NCBI GenBank assembly: GCA_050084985.1 | Contig: JBITNC010000001.1 | Location: 124,992,001-125,056,000, forward strand | Source of the DNA: Nageia nagi | Lineage: Eukaryota > Plantae > Pinophyta | Reading direction: 5' to 3' | DNA length: 64,000 bases | Shown: positions 52,675-64,000 of the stretch, piece by piece | Layout of the letters: every line of letters starts with the position of its first letter | Position numbering within the stretch: the first letter of the stretch is position 1 | The notes under the pieces: generated by a model | The model's input: only the letters and a program-made list of their open reading frames with translations | The model's database searches: none | What the model was told of the DNA's origin: nothing | Made by a program: the position numbers and the translations under genes

Positions 52675-53854
52675 TGTGATGCCCCCTTTAGCCAATTGTA
52701 ATTAATTATGGAATCCCACAGATTCCCCTTGTATATATTTATTTATTTAATTGAGCTTTAGTAGTTAGTACTTGGGATAGAAGATATAAAGGTCCTTGGA
52801 CCCCATTGTGAGCCCCAAGTGCGACGTCTTCCTCCCAAACATAGGCTAGTGTGATTCAATATGATTTACGTACTTGGAGATCACGAGAAGTGATTGTGGG
52901 AATCCCAAGGCTTATTTAGCACTTAGAGCATGGATATACACCTATTTGCCCCAACGTTGGAATTGGGAGCACTTGTACACATGCACCAACCTTGGGGAGA
53001 CTCCTAGCCCCCCACGTTGGCCCATGAAATTGACACATGCCTTCTAGACACGCATGCACGCCCTCTACACCCAAATTGAGCATGAGGACCCACGTGGAGC
53101 ATAAGGAAGGCCCAAATACCCATGATGGGCTTGGAATGACCCCTAGGCACCATCGTAGGGGTTTGTGGGGCTTCTAGGAAGCCAATGTTGGACCAAGAAG
53201 GTTGGTGATGACTTTGAGGTGAGATCCAGATCCAGTGTGAGCTATATTAGGCCTTGGAGCATCATTGCTGGACATAAGTGATATTGATAATTACTCATAC
53301 CGTCCAATGGACACAAGTCTTAGCGCAACCTCAATCAACATCCCTAGGTGCAACATCTAGGAGGGTTCGCAAGCAGAGGGATCCTGTTGATCTGCGGCTA
53401 AGGTGCAACATCTTAGTCCATTCGATGGTATTTTGAGGTCGCATTCCTACCTTCAGTGGTTTCCAAGCATGGGAGTTTTGCAATAGAGGATCCAGGCATG
53501 AGGGAGTGAGGCTGTCCCATCCATTGTTCCGCAATTCCAGTATTGATCACATTTGTCTAAACATTGCACCCTAGTTGGCTCCTTGGAGGCCAACGTTGAG
53601 CCTGTGGGCTTGGTATTGTATCATTGTTCATTGTACATCATTAATACAGCCATTGCACATTTGAATCTCATATTATCTTGTGTATTTGTCCATTATTGCA
53701 ACGTTGAGGTGTTATTGCGCATTTATGCATGTATGAGCCAAATGTTGGCATTGTGAGGTGGTTTATACTTGTATTTGCTCTTCTAGGCCAGATGTGGGTA
53801 CATACTTGTTGGAATTTGCTTAATTGCACTTGAATTTGTGATTGGGATGTTACA
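52675..53854 (+). mobile_element. Solo LTR (family B) with TSD CAGGG, nested in another LTR-like sequence
   Basis: TGTGATGCCCC...GGGATGTTACA; CAGGG at 52670-52674 and 53855-53859. Confidence 0.92.
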
Positions 53855-54927
53855 CAGGGAGATCACTCTGAAGACATGATTGAGAGGCTCTGACGCTTCT
53901 TTTCTGAAGGGATCACCTCCCATATTGGGACATCACACCTAGGGCATCCTTGCTCTAGCATTGTGAGGCATCTAACACATATTTTTTGCCAGATCAATCA
54001 AATTACATTTTGTGGCTCCATAGAATATTTATTTTGAGTATTTTTGTTGAGATCTTGCCCTAGAGGTAGAATGTTGCATTTCTTGGAGGTGAATTGAGTG
54101 TGATCTCCTAGGGATATTTTCCATGTTTAGTTGAATTAATTGCTCATTGTGGTGGATCGTCCTATTTTTCTGAGCATTTTATGAGCATTTTGGGTATTCG
54201 AATGCATGGATGTGGCATGATTAGCAATTGTGGAATTTATGAGAATTTTTAATTATTTATTTTCGCCAATTTATGCTAAATTTGTATGAGCTGATCACAC
54301 AAACTATCCATTGCAAGTGTAGAAATCATTGTAGACTAATCAATTAATACAGAAAAACTCTTGGTCAATTCTAGAGACTTATTCATTAAGGAATCTTATC
54401 TTAACTATGTTCGTGAGGTGATAAATACAACAAATAAAAGTTTCCTCACTACAATGTGATAAACTAGACCAATCTAGAAAATCTGCATCATGATAAGAAA
54501 CCCAGGGGCATTGTGTCTCCTAGAGGGATGAAAAAATGGAAGTCTATGTGGAAGAATTCTCCAAGGTGGCTTTTAGAGCATATTGTTTGTGCCTTGTCAT
54601 ACCTGTACAACAAGTTTGATGTGTTTGTCACCACAGTTCATAAATTCAGTCAACTAGAATTGGACAATGATGATAAGAATGGCAATAGATGTTGTAAAAC
54701 TTTTTTAAGTATTAACTTGGTATATCGTTCAAAGACTCCCCTTTCTGCCATTGTATTCGACAGGAAATTATTTTAATTCATTTGTTGTCTTGATAGATCT
54801 GCTTTCTGTTCTGGCAATAAAACATCCACTATTTAAATCAAACAATTAAATGCACCTTGATGCATATTGAACGTAATTGATAATTGATGGATGGAAAGGA
54901 ACATAAGCTTTTTTCTTTGATTTGCAG

Positions 54928-54975
54928 AATTTACGTCAAACCCTGGATGAGCTTACTCGTAATGGATTCTCTGTG
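54928..54975 (+). CDS. MSH1: MSH1 exon 6; the next exon was not found before the window ends
   Basis: Acceptor tttgcag; NLRQTLDELTRNGFSV; donor GTATGT. Confidence 0.96.
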
Positions 54976-55242
54976 GTATGTACTATAATAATATTGTTCT
55001 CATTCAACAAGATTGTAGATTAGAGCATTTTTTGTATTGTATTAATCAATAAGCTAGACATTAAGCGCAAATGGATTTAGGTAAATTATCATCTGATTTC
55101 ATGCTTTTTTGCTCAATCAATGAAAAAATTGATTTTCTATTTTAAAAAATATTCATATCTGTACTATGTAGTGCTTGGATACTCCTGACAGTGAAATGCT
55201 TCAATGTTCTTTGTTCATAAATTTAACGAGTGTTTGTAAGTA

Positions 55243-56406
55243 TGTAATGACCCAAACAGGATCTCCAACAAATATCAGTAATTACAATAAATAAAATCCA
55301 ACTAGGGGATCCAATTTACAACACTTCACAATAAAACTAGCTCAACGCATGCACAAGATGGATAATACAACACAAACATTGAGATCAAATGCCCATGACT
55401 TTTATTATTGATCAACAATGAGAAACAATACAGAAGCAAGCCCAATGGGCTGATGTCAGCCTCCTGGGAGCTGAACTAGGCCGGACGAACTATTTTGATG
55501 ATGCTGGACAGTCTATGGGACAGCAGCGCCTTCTCACAATCTGACTTCTCCCCATCGAAGGGGCCTTCCTCAGATTTGGATAACCACTCGTGTGGTAGAG
55601 ACTCCACCTCGGATACCACCAGATGGCAATGGTGCTCCACCAATGCCGTAGATTGTCAAGATCTCTCAGCTTGACAACCCGCTTAGGTGCTCCACCTAAG
55701 GAATACACTCAGTGCTCCACTAAGGTTTTGTCCACCGGACGATGTAGAAGTGTAGAAGTAATAACAATCAAGTGTGTCCAACAAATGAGTCTCCAAGTTT
55801 TCTTATACCCTCAACCAGGTCCTGGGTCTCACCATAGAAACATCACTAGGCTCTAAGGCCCCAACATTAGCCTCCAAAGGGCTCGGGATGCCAAACGTGG
55901 GTGCCTAGTATTAGGCATGCCAACGTGGGATTCCTGGGTGCCATAAATGCTAGTGTAGGGTCTAGGGGTGCCATGTATGCCCACGTGGGTCTTGGTGTCA
56001 TGTATGGAAGCCTAGGAGTCTAGGATGGCCAACGTGAGGTCTAGGGGACTCCCTAAGGCTGGCGCAAGCATGCAATCCTCTATCCTTGCTAATTAATGTA
56101 TACAAGCTCTTGGGATTCCCACAATCAAGTCTGGGATCTCCAATTACATTAATATATCCTATTCTACACTTGGGAGGGATACGTCCCAATAAGGGGCTAA
56201 CAGTGGGGTCCATGGACCAATTGATTCCTATCCCAAAGTTATACAAAAACAACTACAAAACAATTTTCAAACAAACTCCAAAAGGGATGTTATTAAGACA
56301 TCCTTTTTGGCTCTTACATTATTTTTATATAGTACAAAAGGGATGTTATTAAGACATCCTTTTTGGCTCTTACATTATTTTTATATAGTACAAAAGGGAT
56401 GTTACA
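55243..56406 (-). mobile_element. Solo LTR (family B, inverted) with TSD AAGTA
   Basis: TGTAATGACCC...GGGATGTTACA; AAGTA at 55238-55242 and 56407-56411. Contains a tandem duplication of about 57 bp at 56279-56405. Confidence 0.92.
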
Positions 56407-57779
56407 AAGTACGAAAAACGACATTAAGTAATCTAGTAAAGTATGGGTAATAGCTGTTTTGTTGTATTCTGCAAGTCTTCATATAATTATAAGCCACCGT
56501 TTGTTTGTGAAGTTCAAAGTTTTGAGAATACCCCGTTTAGTGATCTTGATGATTACCCTGGATAAAAAGATCATTGACTGAGTGCTTACCATAATGCATA
56601 AAATTTAGGCTGTGGAGAGTACCATGCGAATAAACAGGATTGTTGAGTTTCAGCCATTCCCTCGGCTTAAGGTTGATGATTTAGTTAATTTAAAACTTTG
56701 GATGATGCAAATACATGCTTTGTTATTGGATGCCATTTCATTATTCTGTGATAATTTTGTAGGAACTACATCCTTCAATTTCAAGTGGTGGTGTGCATGA
56801 CCCATCATTATGCTGAAAATTTTGGGAAGACTCTTTTTCAGTTATAGTTCAATGACATTCAGTGAAAGGAGTTGATACCTTATCATCCCGTCTTCTAGTT
56901 GTGTTCCTTGATGATGTGATTATGTTTGGGTACTGATCACTTTTGAGCTTTCATGTGGAGTGACACAGATTACCTGTTTCTTGGTCAGCTTCAAAACCGT
57001 ATGCAAAATGAAGCATCTTAGTCAAGATCAGAATTTGACACTTGATCATCAAGCTTGTATGGATAATAATTGTGTTGTGAGAAAGAAAGAAATCAAATAC
57101 ATTGACGTCCATGAGTGACTAGAAATAGGGCAATGGGACGCAATGGTACAATCCAATTTAAAAGAAAAAGCACTAGGGTTTTGAGAACCTTTGGGATTGG
57201 CATTAAAGGCTATAAAAAGCTATACAAACTAGAATCTATAATAAAAAATGAGGCCAATGAATATTTGACGATGTCAAAAGAGCTTGTTTGGTAATGTCAT
57301 AAGTTCAAGTTTGTTGAAATGATCATGTCATCATCCACCATTGTGAAGGGGTTGGTGATAGATTTGATCACCTTCGACGATCATTGCTTGAAGCAAGAAG
57401 ACCAAGCTGGGTATCCATGGAATTTACATCCAAGGTCGAAGGTCCTTTGTAGTAGACAGAAAGCTAGTGATGTGCGCCTATCTCCCTAGCCCAAACTATG
57501 AGTGGGAGGGGATAGATGGTTTGTGATGATGAGTAATGGTTGGTCGATGGCATCAGGGGTAGAGACGAGAGTGCTAGGGTTCATTGGTAGCTATGCATGA
57601 AGGTAGACACTATTGCACCAACATGTGCTTGCAAGCCTGTTGAATGGTGTTGTTCGGGGGGTGTTTGGTGCCTCTAGAGTCTGGGATGGATTAGAAAAAG
57701 GAGCTGACCAACTTGGTGGTTCGAGGGACGCCTCTGGTGGATTGCTATTGAGCTCTATGTTTGAAGATAGTAACCTCTC

Positions 57780-58200
57780 AAAGGTAAAGGGTCAAGCATC
57801 TTTGTTTGGAATAACATAAAATAGTGGATGAGGAGCCTTTGGATCCTCTATATAAGCAATGGTACCTCCCCCAAATCTCATAATATGTGGGACATTGAAA
57901 TATCAAGTGCTCTTCACTCTCCACCTCTCGGAGAGAGCAAAGAGTACAACAAGTTGTATCATTGTGAGGAATATGGTGTTTTGTCGCCACTTGAAGCTGG
58001 TGGGAGCATACTTGCAGTTGGCTGAGGGGAATCCCCAAATCGTGATACCAATGGTGTTGAAGATAGGCTAGCTCGACAAGGGTACCATTAATGATCTATA
58101 AGAAATGCTTAGTGTAGAAGGCTACCTATCTCAAGCTTTCATGGTGCCAAATGATTTTCATTCATTAACATTTTTTGACATGATAGTTGTAAATCTACTA
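57780..58200 (-). mobile_element. Non-LTR retrotransposon (RTE/CR1-like) C-terminal zinc-finger remnant
   Basis: SHQLQVAT..CTLCSLREVESEEHLIFQCPTYYEI..RY fits the C..C..VE.E.H...CP.Y motif found after RT in such LINEs. Confidence 0.7.
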
Positions 58201-59719
58201 GGAAGTGCTTCTTGACCTACATTGCTTGTGGAATCACTCATGTCATGTCTAAGACTAGTTATCCTAGTGGGTGTTTTACCCACATCAATCTTTCTTGTGG
58301 CTTCGATGTAAGGGTTTCTTCTTCAGCTGTAATGTCCTCGTTTTTAGTGCCCATTTCAGGTAATATGTTTTAATATTTGATTGGTCAACATGGAGTGGTG
58401 CGCACTACGTCCCATGTCTAGGAGTAAAGAGGTGTCTAGTGTCAAGGTGTGAAAAAAACATTATTAAATGTCCTTATTTGTAATGATGTAATGCAAATCT
58501 CAAGAAATGTAATTTGTAATCCCACGGGCCAATTATGACCCCAAGATAGGACTTCTAATCATCCCAAGGAGGGACACACAAGTACTTAAGAGAGGTGCGC
58601 ACCATTTGGAGGATATTTTTGTCTACCTTCTATCATTTTATGAGATTAGCTAAACTAGTCAATTTCTAGCCTCTTGTGGACAAAGTTTAGATCTAGTAGT
58701 TTGAGGTCCCATAGATGTTTGCCCAGCTTGAGGAGGGACACACAACCTGTGGGAGTGTTGTGAGCCATTTTTGTGGTCTAGATCCAACCATTGTTGTCTT
58801 GGAGTGAGACACCCAACCCTAAGGCATCGTTTGGACAAATTTTGAGCATTGTGCTTGGATCTTGAGATCAATATAATTCACATGTCATTTATCGTGTCAA
58901 AAATATATATATATATATTTTTTTGTGTGTGGATTTGGCAATCTTTGAGTAAATTTTAGATTTTCTTAATTTGCAATATTTTAGTGGTATCAAAGCTGTA
59001 ATCTTGCCAACTTGTAAGATTAGATTCAGATGATGAGATAAGAGCCAAGGCATTTGAAGTTTCAATGAAAGGTATTTAGAGGGGTCAAGAACGGATGAAT
59101 GAGCTATTGGAAAGATTGATCCTATTGCAAGTTGCTCCACAAGTCGTCCCTATGCCACAGGTTGCTCTATCTTAGCTAGTTCTGGATGAGATTCCATCCA
59201 GGGCAATGCTTGTACAGTTGTAATGTCCCAAAATTTGACCAGCTTTGTAAATATGTAAATATTGCTTGTGTTGTGTGTTTTGTTTAAGTTTTGTTGATTT
59301 GATAAGATATAATGGTGAAATTGGCTTTTCTGGAAGGGAGGTTGGTGTGTAAACATGACGAATGACTTATATGGCCAACATTGGAGAGTTTTAGATACAA
59401 TGTTTGTCCTAGGGGAGCATTGCTAGCCTGAATGTTGGCTTGGGCAAGGCGGATATGGGCCCCAAAATGTGAAGTCATCCTCCTAGAGTCTCTTTCAGTT
59501 GCTTTGATGGGCACTGTTGGAGTTTGGAGATGTTTTGAGGGAGGGTTAGCTAAGTTTGGAGTCCTTCTAACTTGGCCAAGGTGACTTAAGTTATTTCAAC
59601 AAAAGATTATATCACAAACCTTAGATCTTAAGTGAGTGAGACCTAATACTTGAACGAAAGATTATATCACAACCCTTAGATCTTAAGTGAGTGGGATCTA
59701 ATCTCAACCATTGTAAAGA

Positions 59720-60874
59720 TCCAAATACAATCTCAAGTGCAAATTATTAAATTCAACTCAATAAACCCTAACGTTTGGCCTAGGGCATCCGAAACAAACC
59801 CCAACAATGCAAATATGCCAATGTCTGGTTACAATTAGCAGTTATCAACCAACACAAGCTCACAATGCCAATGTCTGGCTCATACAAATACATACATGCA
59901 AAAGTAATCGAACAATGGCAATAGACAAGTATGCAAAACACAAATATGAGATCCGAAGGTCCAATGGCTATATAGAAGATATGAATGTAATAACAATACA
60001 ATACCAAGCTCCCAGAGATGGACGTTGGCCTCCTAGAAGCCAACTAGGGCACAACGTATATCCTTAATGTTGGACGGACAGATGGAACAATGGAACAGTC
60101 TTGGTCCCTCAGAACCTGAATCCTCTCCATCAAAGGAGCCCTCTGATCTTGGCGACCAACTGAGTGGTAGAAGCTCAACCTCGGAATACCATCGGATGGG
60201 TAAGAGTGCTACACCAATGCCATAGACTAACAAGATCCCTTAGCCTGATAGCCCTCCTATATGTTGTACCTAGGGGTTTGCTTAGCGTCGATAAGTCTTT
60301 TTGTCCTTTGGACGGTATGAGTGTAATAATAATCAAGCATATCCAACTATGAGGCTCCAATGTTTTTTTATAACACTTAGTTGGATCTGGATCTCACCTA
60401 GAAATCATTCCTAGCTCCTCTAATCTAATGTTAGCCTCCTGGAGGGCCCAGAATGCCCAACGTGGGTGCCTAGGGATCAAGCATGCCAACGTGGGGGCTT
60501 GGAGTGCCACATATGCCTAACGTGGGGTCTAGGAACCATGCGTGGGGGTTGGGTGTCATCATGGGCCAACTTGGGGGGTTTAGGAGCCTCCCCAAGGCTG
60601 GCGCATGTACATAAGTGCTCATCCAATCTCCTAAGTGCTAAGCAAATGTTGGGATTCCCACAATTATGATCAGGATCTCCAAGTACAAGTAAACACCTAA
60701 TCTATGCTTGGGAGGGAGACGTTCCACTTGGGGCTCACTATGGGGTCCATTGACCCATTAAGTCTTCTATCCCAAGCCATAACTCAAAAGAACAATGCAA
60801 ATAGTAAAATATATTACAAAGAGGAATCCGTTGGATTCCATGATTAATTACAAGGATGCAAGGGGGACATCACA
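59720..60874 (-). mobile_element. Family B LTR copy (inverted) nested among other LTR fragments (58328-61960)
   Basis: Homologous to 55243-56406 and ends GGGGGACATCACA. The left boundary is uncertain. Confidence 0.75.
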
Positions 60875-61966
60875 ACCATCCATGCCAAAATCAAGGGTTG
60901 AGATCTATTCTTTCATTAGGCTATGATTATAAAAGAGGATTAGGGTTTCATTTGGAGATAGTTTGGAATTGTGATTGAAGAATTGGGAATATTGTTGTAT
61001 TCTTTGGCTCTTAGAGATTGATGGAGATTTTTCTAGGAGATTTGGGGTTCCCTTTGGATTTATCCATTGAAGGCTAGACCAGCTAGCTATCTACTTATTT
61101 TTATTAACAAATCCATCCAGGGTTTGTGTTTGGGTTGTTATGTTGAAGAAGTGGATTATATTTGTCAGATCTCCCATTGGTGGCAACATTGGTGACAAGT
61201 TTGGAAAGGGTTTTGCACTAGTAACCTCTTCTCAGTGTGACGTCCAGGTCTAGGAGGCAGAATTTGCAGATTTTGAGGGTTACTTCCATACCTAGAATCC
61301 AACGTCTCATCTTTGGGACAACTAGAAGACATTTTTCGACATCTTGAGTGAAGATCTGGTCATATTGGATAGATGTCAGCCTTTGGAGGGACCTGTTTTG
61401 ACATCTAAAGGGTGTTTGTCTCAGATCTATCCACTACAGTCAGATGTCCAACTTATGTGAAGGTTATTTTGCATTTTGGAGGTGTGTTTGTGATACATTC
61501 TAGCTGTAACAGTTTCTTTTTATTGTTGTTAGTCTGCTGTTTTTGAAATTAGGGTTTTTATGTGCAAAACAAAATAAAAATCAGAGTTTTTTGTTGCCAT
61601 TTTCCTGTTATTTTTGGTATATTTGTGTTTGGTATATTTCAGCAGCACCTATTTCATAGGTTTGGATTTGCACGGGAGCAAGATCCAGGAGGAGCTGAGT
61701 CTTTATTTCGTAGATTTTGGTCTACAAGAGATCCATGAGGAGGAGAAAGTTCGTCTAGAATTACTTCGATGCATTCTTCCCCACTTTCGAGACCGAATAT
61801 GCCCATATTTCTCTAGAGACAAGAGGGTGATCCAAATCTTGTGACATTCGAGGAGTTGGACACTCTTTTCTTGGAATATCAAAGCAAATCTGGTGAGTTC
61901 AAAGACACTATTTCACTTGTGAGTTACTTGGAGATCTTGGGGAAGAGAGTTAGTGGGAGTCGTTTG

Positions 61967-62700
61967 TGTAATATTTTGTTTTTCAAGGTCCTTTTCATGA
62001 GCACTTCACTCAGCAATTATTTCTCATGATGTGGGACGCACCTCCTCTAGGAGGCATTCTTGGTGATTTGAAGTTATTTTATGTAATTAGAGGTTATTAC
62101 GCCATTCTATGGCCTTCTGATGTGGATGAGTATTCATCTTGGGTGCAAAAATGTGTTGATTGAGCACTTAAGGTTGGACGTCTCTCTTCTAGGGATCTAG
62201 GAGTGATTTTTAATTAATTAAAAGTATTCTATTATTTAATTAGGAGTCTTGGGCTAATTTCCACCATCAGATGTAAAAATGTAATTAGTGACCTCAATTT
62301 ATGCTCCTAAAGGGTGATGTCTCACTTATGGGACATAATGAGGCCTTAAGTTGTAATTTGGTGGGCCCATTAAGTCAATTAGGCTAGATGCCTCATCTTG
62401 GGGAGGAATTAGAATGTCTAGGTTGGGTTGACCAACCCTTTGAGTGAGACGCCTCCTATAGAAGGCAATTAGAGTCCGACGTCGTTTTGTGGACATGAGC
62501 TCTCTCCATTCTTCTTGTACACACAATGGATGTACTTGAGGTCTTACATTCCTCAAGCCGTAATCGACTGCTACATTAAGGCCTAGCATTCCTCAACATT
62601 CCAAAGACTGCTACTAAGGGTCTGGCATTCCCTAAGGCTACCTGAAGATTGCCATCATTGGTGTTGTTGTTGAGATCTACCATTGCTGTCATTCTCATCT
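61967..62700 (+). mobile_element. Truncated family A LTR
   Basis: TGTAATATT..TTCATGAGCACTTCACTC..ATGATGTGGGAC.CACCTC matches 40183 onward. Confidence 0.85.
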
Positions 62701-63238
62701 GATCCAATTCTACATAACCTAATGTATCATCCATATTATGATATTTATTGTATATAATTGTGTATTGTATATAGGTTTCTTGTCCCTTGTTTTGAACACT
62801 TACAAATTGCTTGTGCTGGAGTATATAAAGGGTGGCAAACAAAAGCAAAGGGATAAATATCTCATTGCTGGTCTCTCATCTTCTTTGTCATCTCCCCAAA
62901 CCATTGGGCATGGATAGAGTTCAATAGTTGCTTATATTTATGTTTTAGAATAATACGAGAATATGAAGGTTTTTCTTTTAACTTCTATGAAGAATTCTTT
63001 ACTTTTGAAATGAAATCTTTTTCGGTTTATAGCTGATTCCAAACTTTTATAGCTATTGTAAAATTTTTTGGTTTGAATATATAACTAAATTCATTGCAAT
63101 ATGGAAGAGTGTGATATCAAAGTCTTGATGTATTGATTTTTTTTCTCTATTTGTTTTTGAAGTTGTTTGGGGAACAAAAAGTTTATGACATTATTATAAT
63201 TCTTTTATTTTCTATATGGTTAATATTTTTGAGGACAT

Positions 63239-64000
63239 TGTGATGTTCCCAAATTATACTTATTCCAAATGATTAGTAAATGAGCAATAATCCAAGAAAT
63301 GAGCAAGAACAAGAAATTATGCCACAAAAATATCCAACGCACAAGCCAAAATGGAGAAATAATGCCCACGTCTCAATATTGAACAATGATGGAGCAAGAT
63401 ACAACCAAATGGCCCAAGAGGGCTGACGTTTGGTTCAATGGACCATAACTAGGGCGTAGTACTCTCCAAATGTTGATGTCACACTACTAGGACCTTCAAC
63501 CCTTGGATCTGAGATGCAAGTTTGGTTTGATTAAGGGTTTTCATCATTAGCCAAGATCTAGTGAAGGCTACGTCCCACTAAACCCTTCTCCACGTTGGGT
63601 TTTCATCCAAGGAGTGGCCCAAGAGATGGTGTTGCCACTCCAAAGATAGAAGATGTCAAAATATCTCAATAATCATGTCCTCCTACTCTTGCGCTAGCCA
63701 TATAAATAGGATTCCCTCAAGGATGGGCGCCTACACAACCATCAAGGAGACGTCATGCTTGGGTGTCCATATCATGCCTCGGGATCACACCAAATCATGC
63801 ACTCATCGTCTAATCAAGATTTGTGCCTTGGGGATCGACAATATCTCACTTAAATGATCCTAATCTTCCTCTAGGAGGGAGATGTCCCACTTTGGGGCTC
63901 ACAATTGATCCATGGGACCCATAAGTCTCCTATTCGAGGTTACATTAATGCCTAAGAATACATGCAACTAATAAATAAATACTCCTAACTGCAAAATCAC
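63239..64000 (-). mobile_element. Divergent family B-like LTR running off the window end
   Basis: Starts TGTGATGTTCCC; gatgtcccactttggggctcac..ccat..gacccat motif shared with 60720-60760. Confidence 0.6.

Noticed and set aside
54976-64000. MSH1 exon 7
   Set aside because: No segment encoding a CIVEEVQGP-like peptide with splice sites was seen; it is presumed to lie beyond the window.

Overview
AT-rich, transposon-saturated eukaryotic nuclear DNA. The multi-kb introns full of solo LTRs suggest a large-genome land plant, probably a gymnosperm (inference). Bases 1-27000 are a nest of LTR retrotransposons: a recently disabled Ty1/copia, several degenerate Ty3/gypsy chromoviruses (one full-length with a TSD) and solo LTRs. 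From 29249 onward lies the 5' part of a plant MSH1 (organellar MutS homolog 1) gene on the + strand. Six exons were recovered with GT-AG boundaries and consistent phase, and the gene continues beyond the window. Its introns hold LINE remnants and many solo LTRs. The most notable feature is in intron 1: a decayed CRESS-DNA-virus (nanovirus/alphasatellite-like) Rep gene with HUH motifs I-III and a Walker A. It has an in-frame duplication of catalytic motif III and iteron-like direct repeats upstream, and it is bracketed by a 43-bp inverted repeat. Other oddities are a solo LTR with a 179-bp flanking duplication, a hairpin array with compensatory changes in the copia 3' UTR, and a 10-copy palindrome array. 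All assignments come from reading the sequence by eye; no searches were run.
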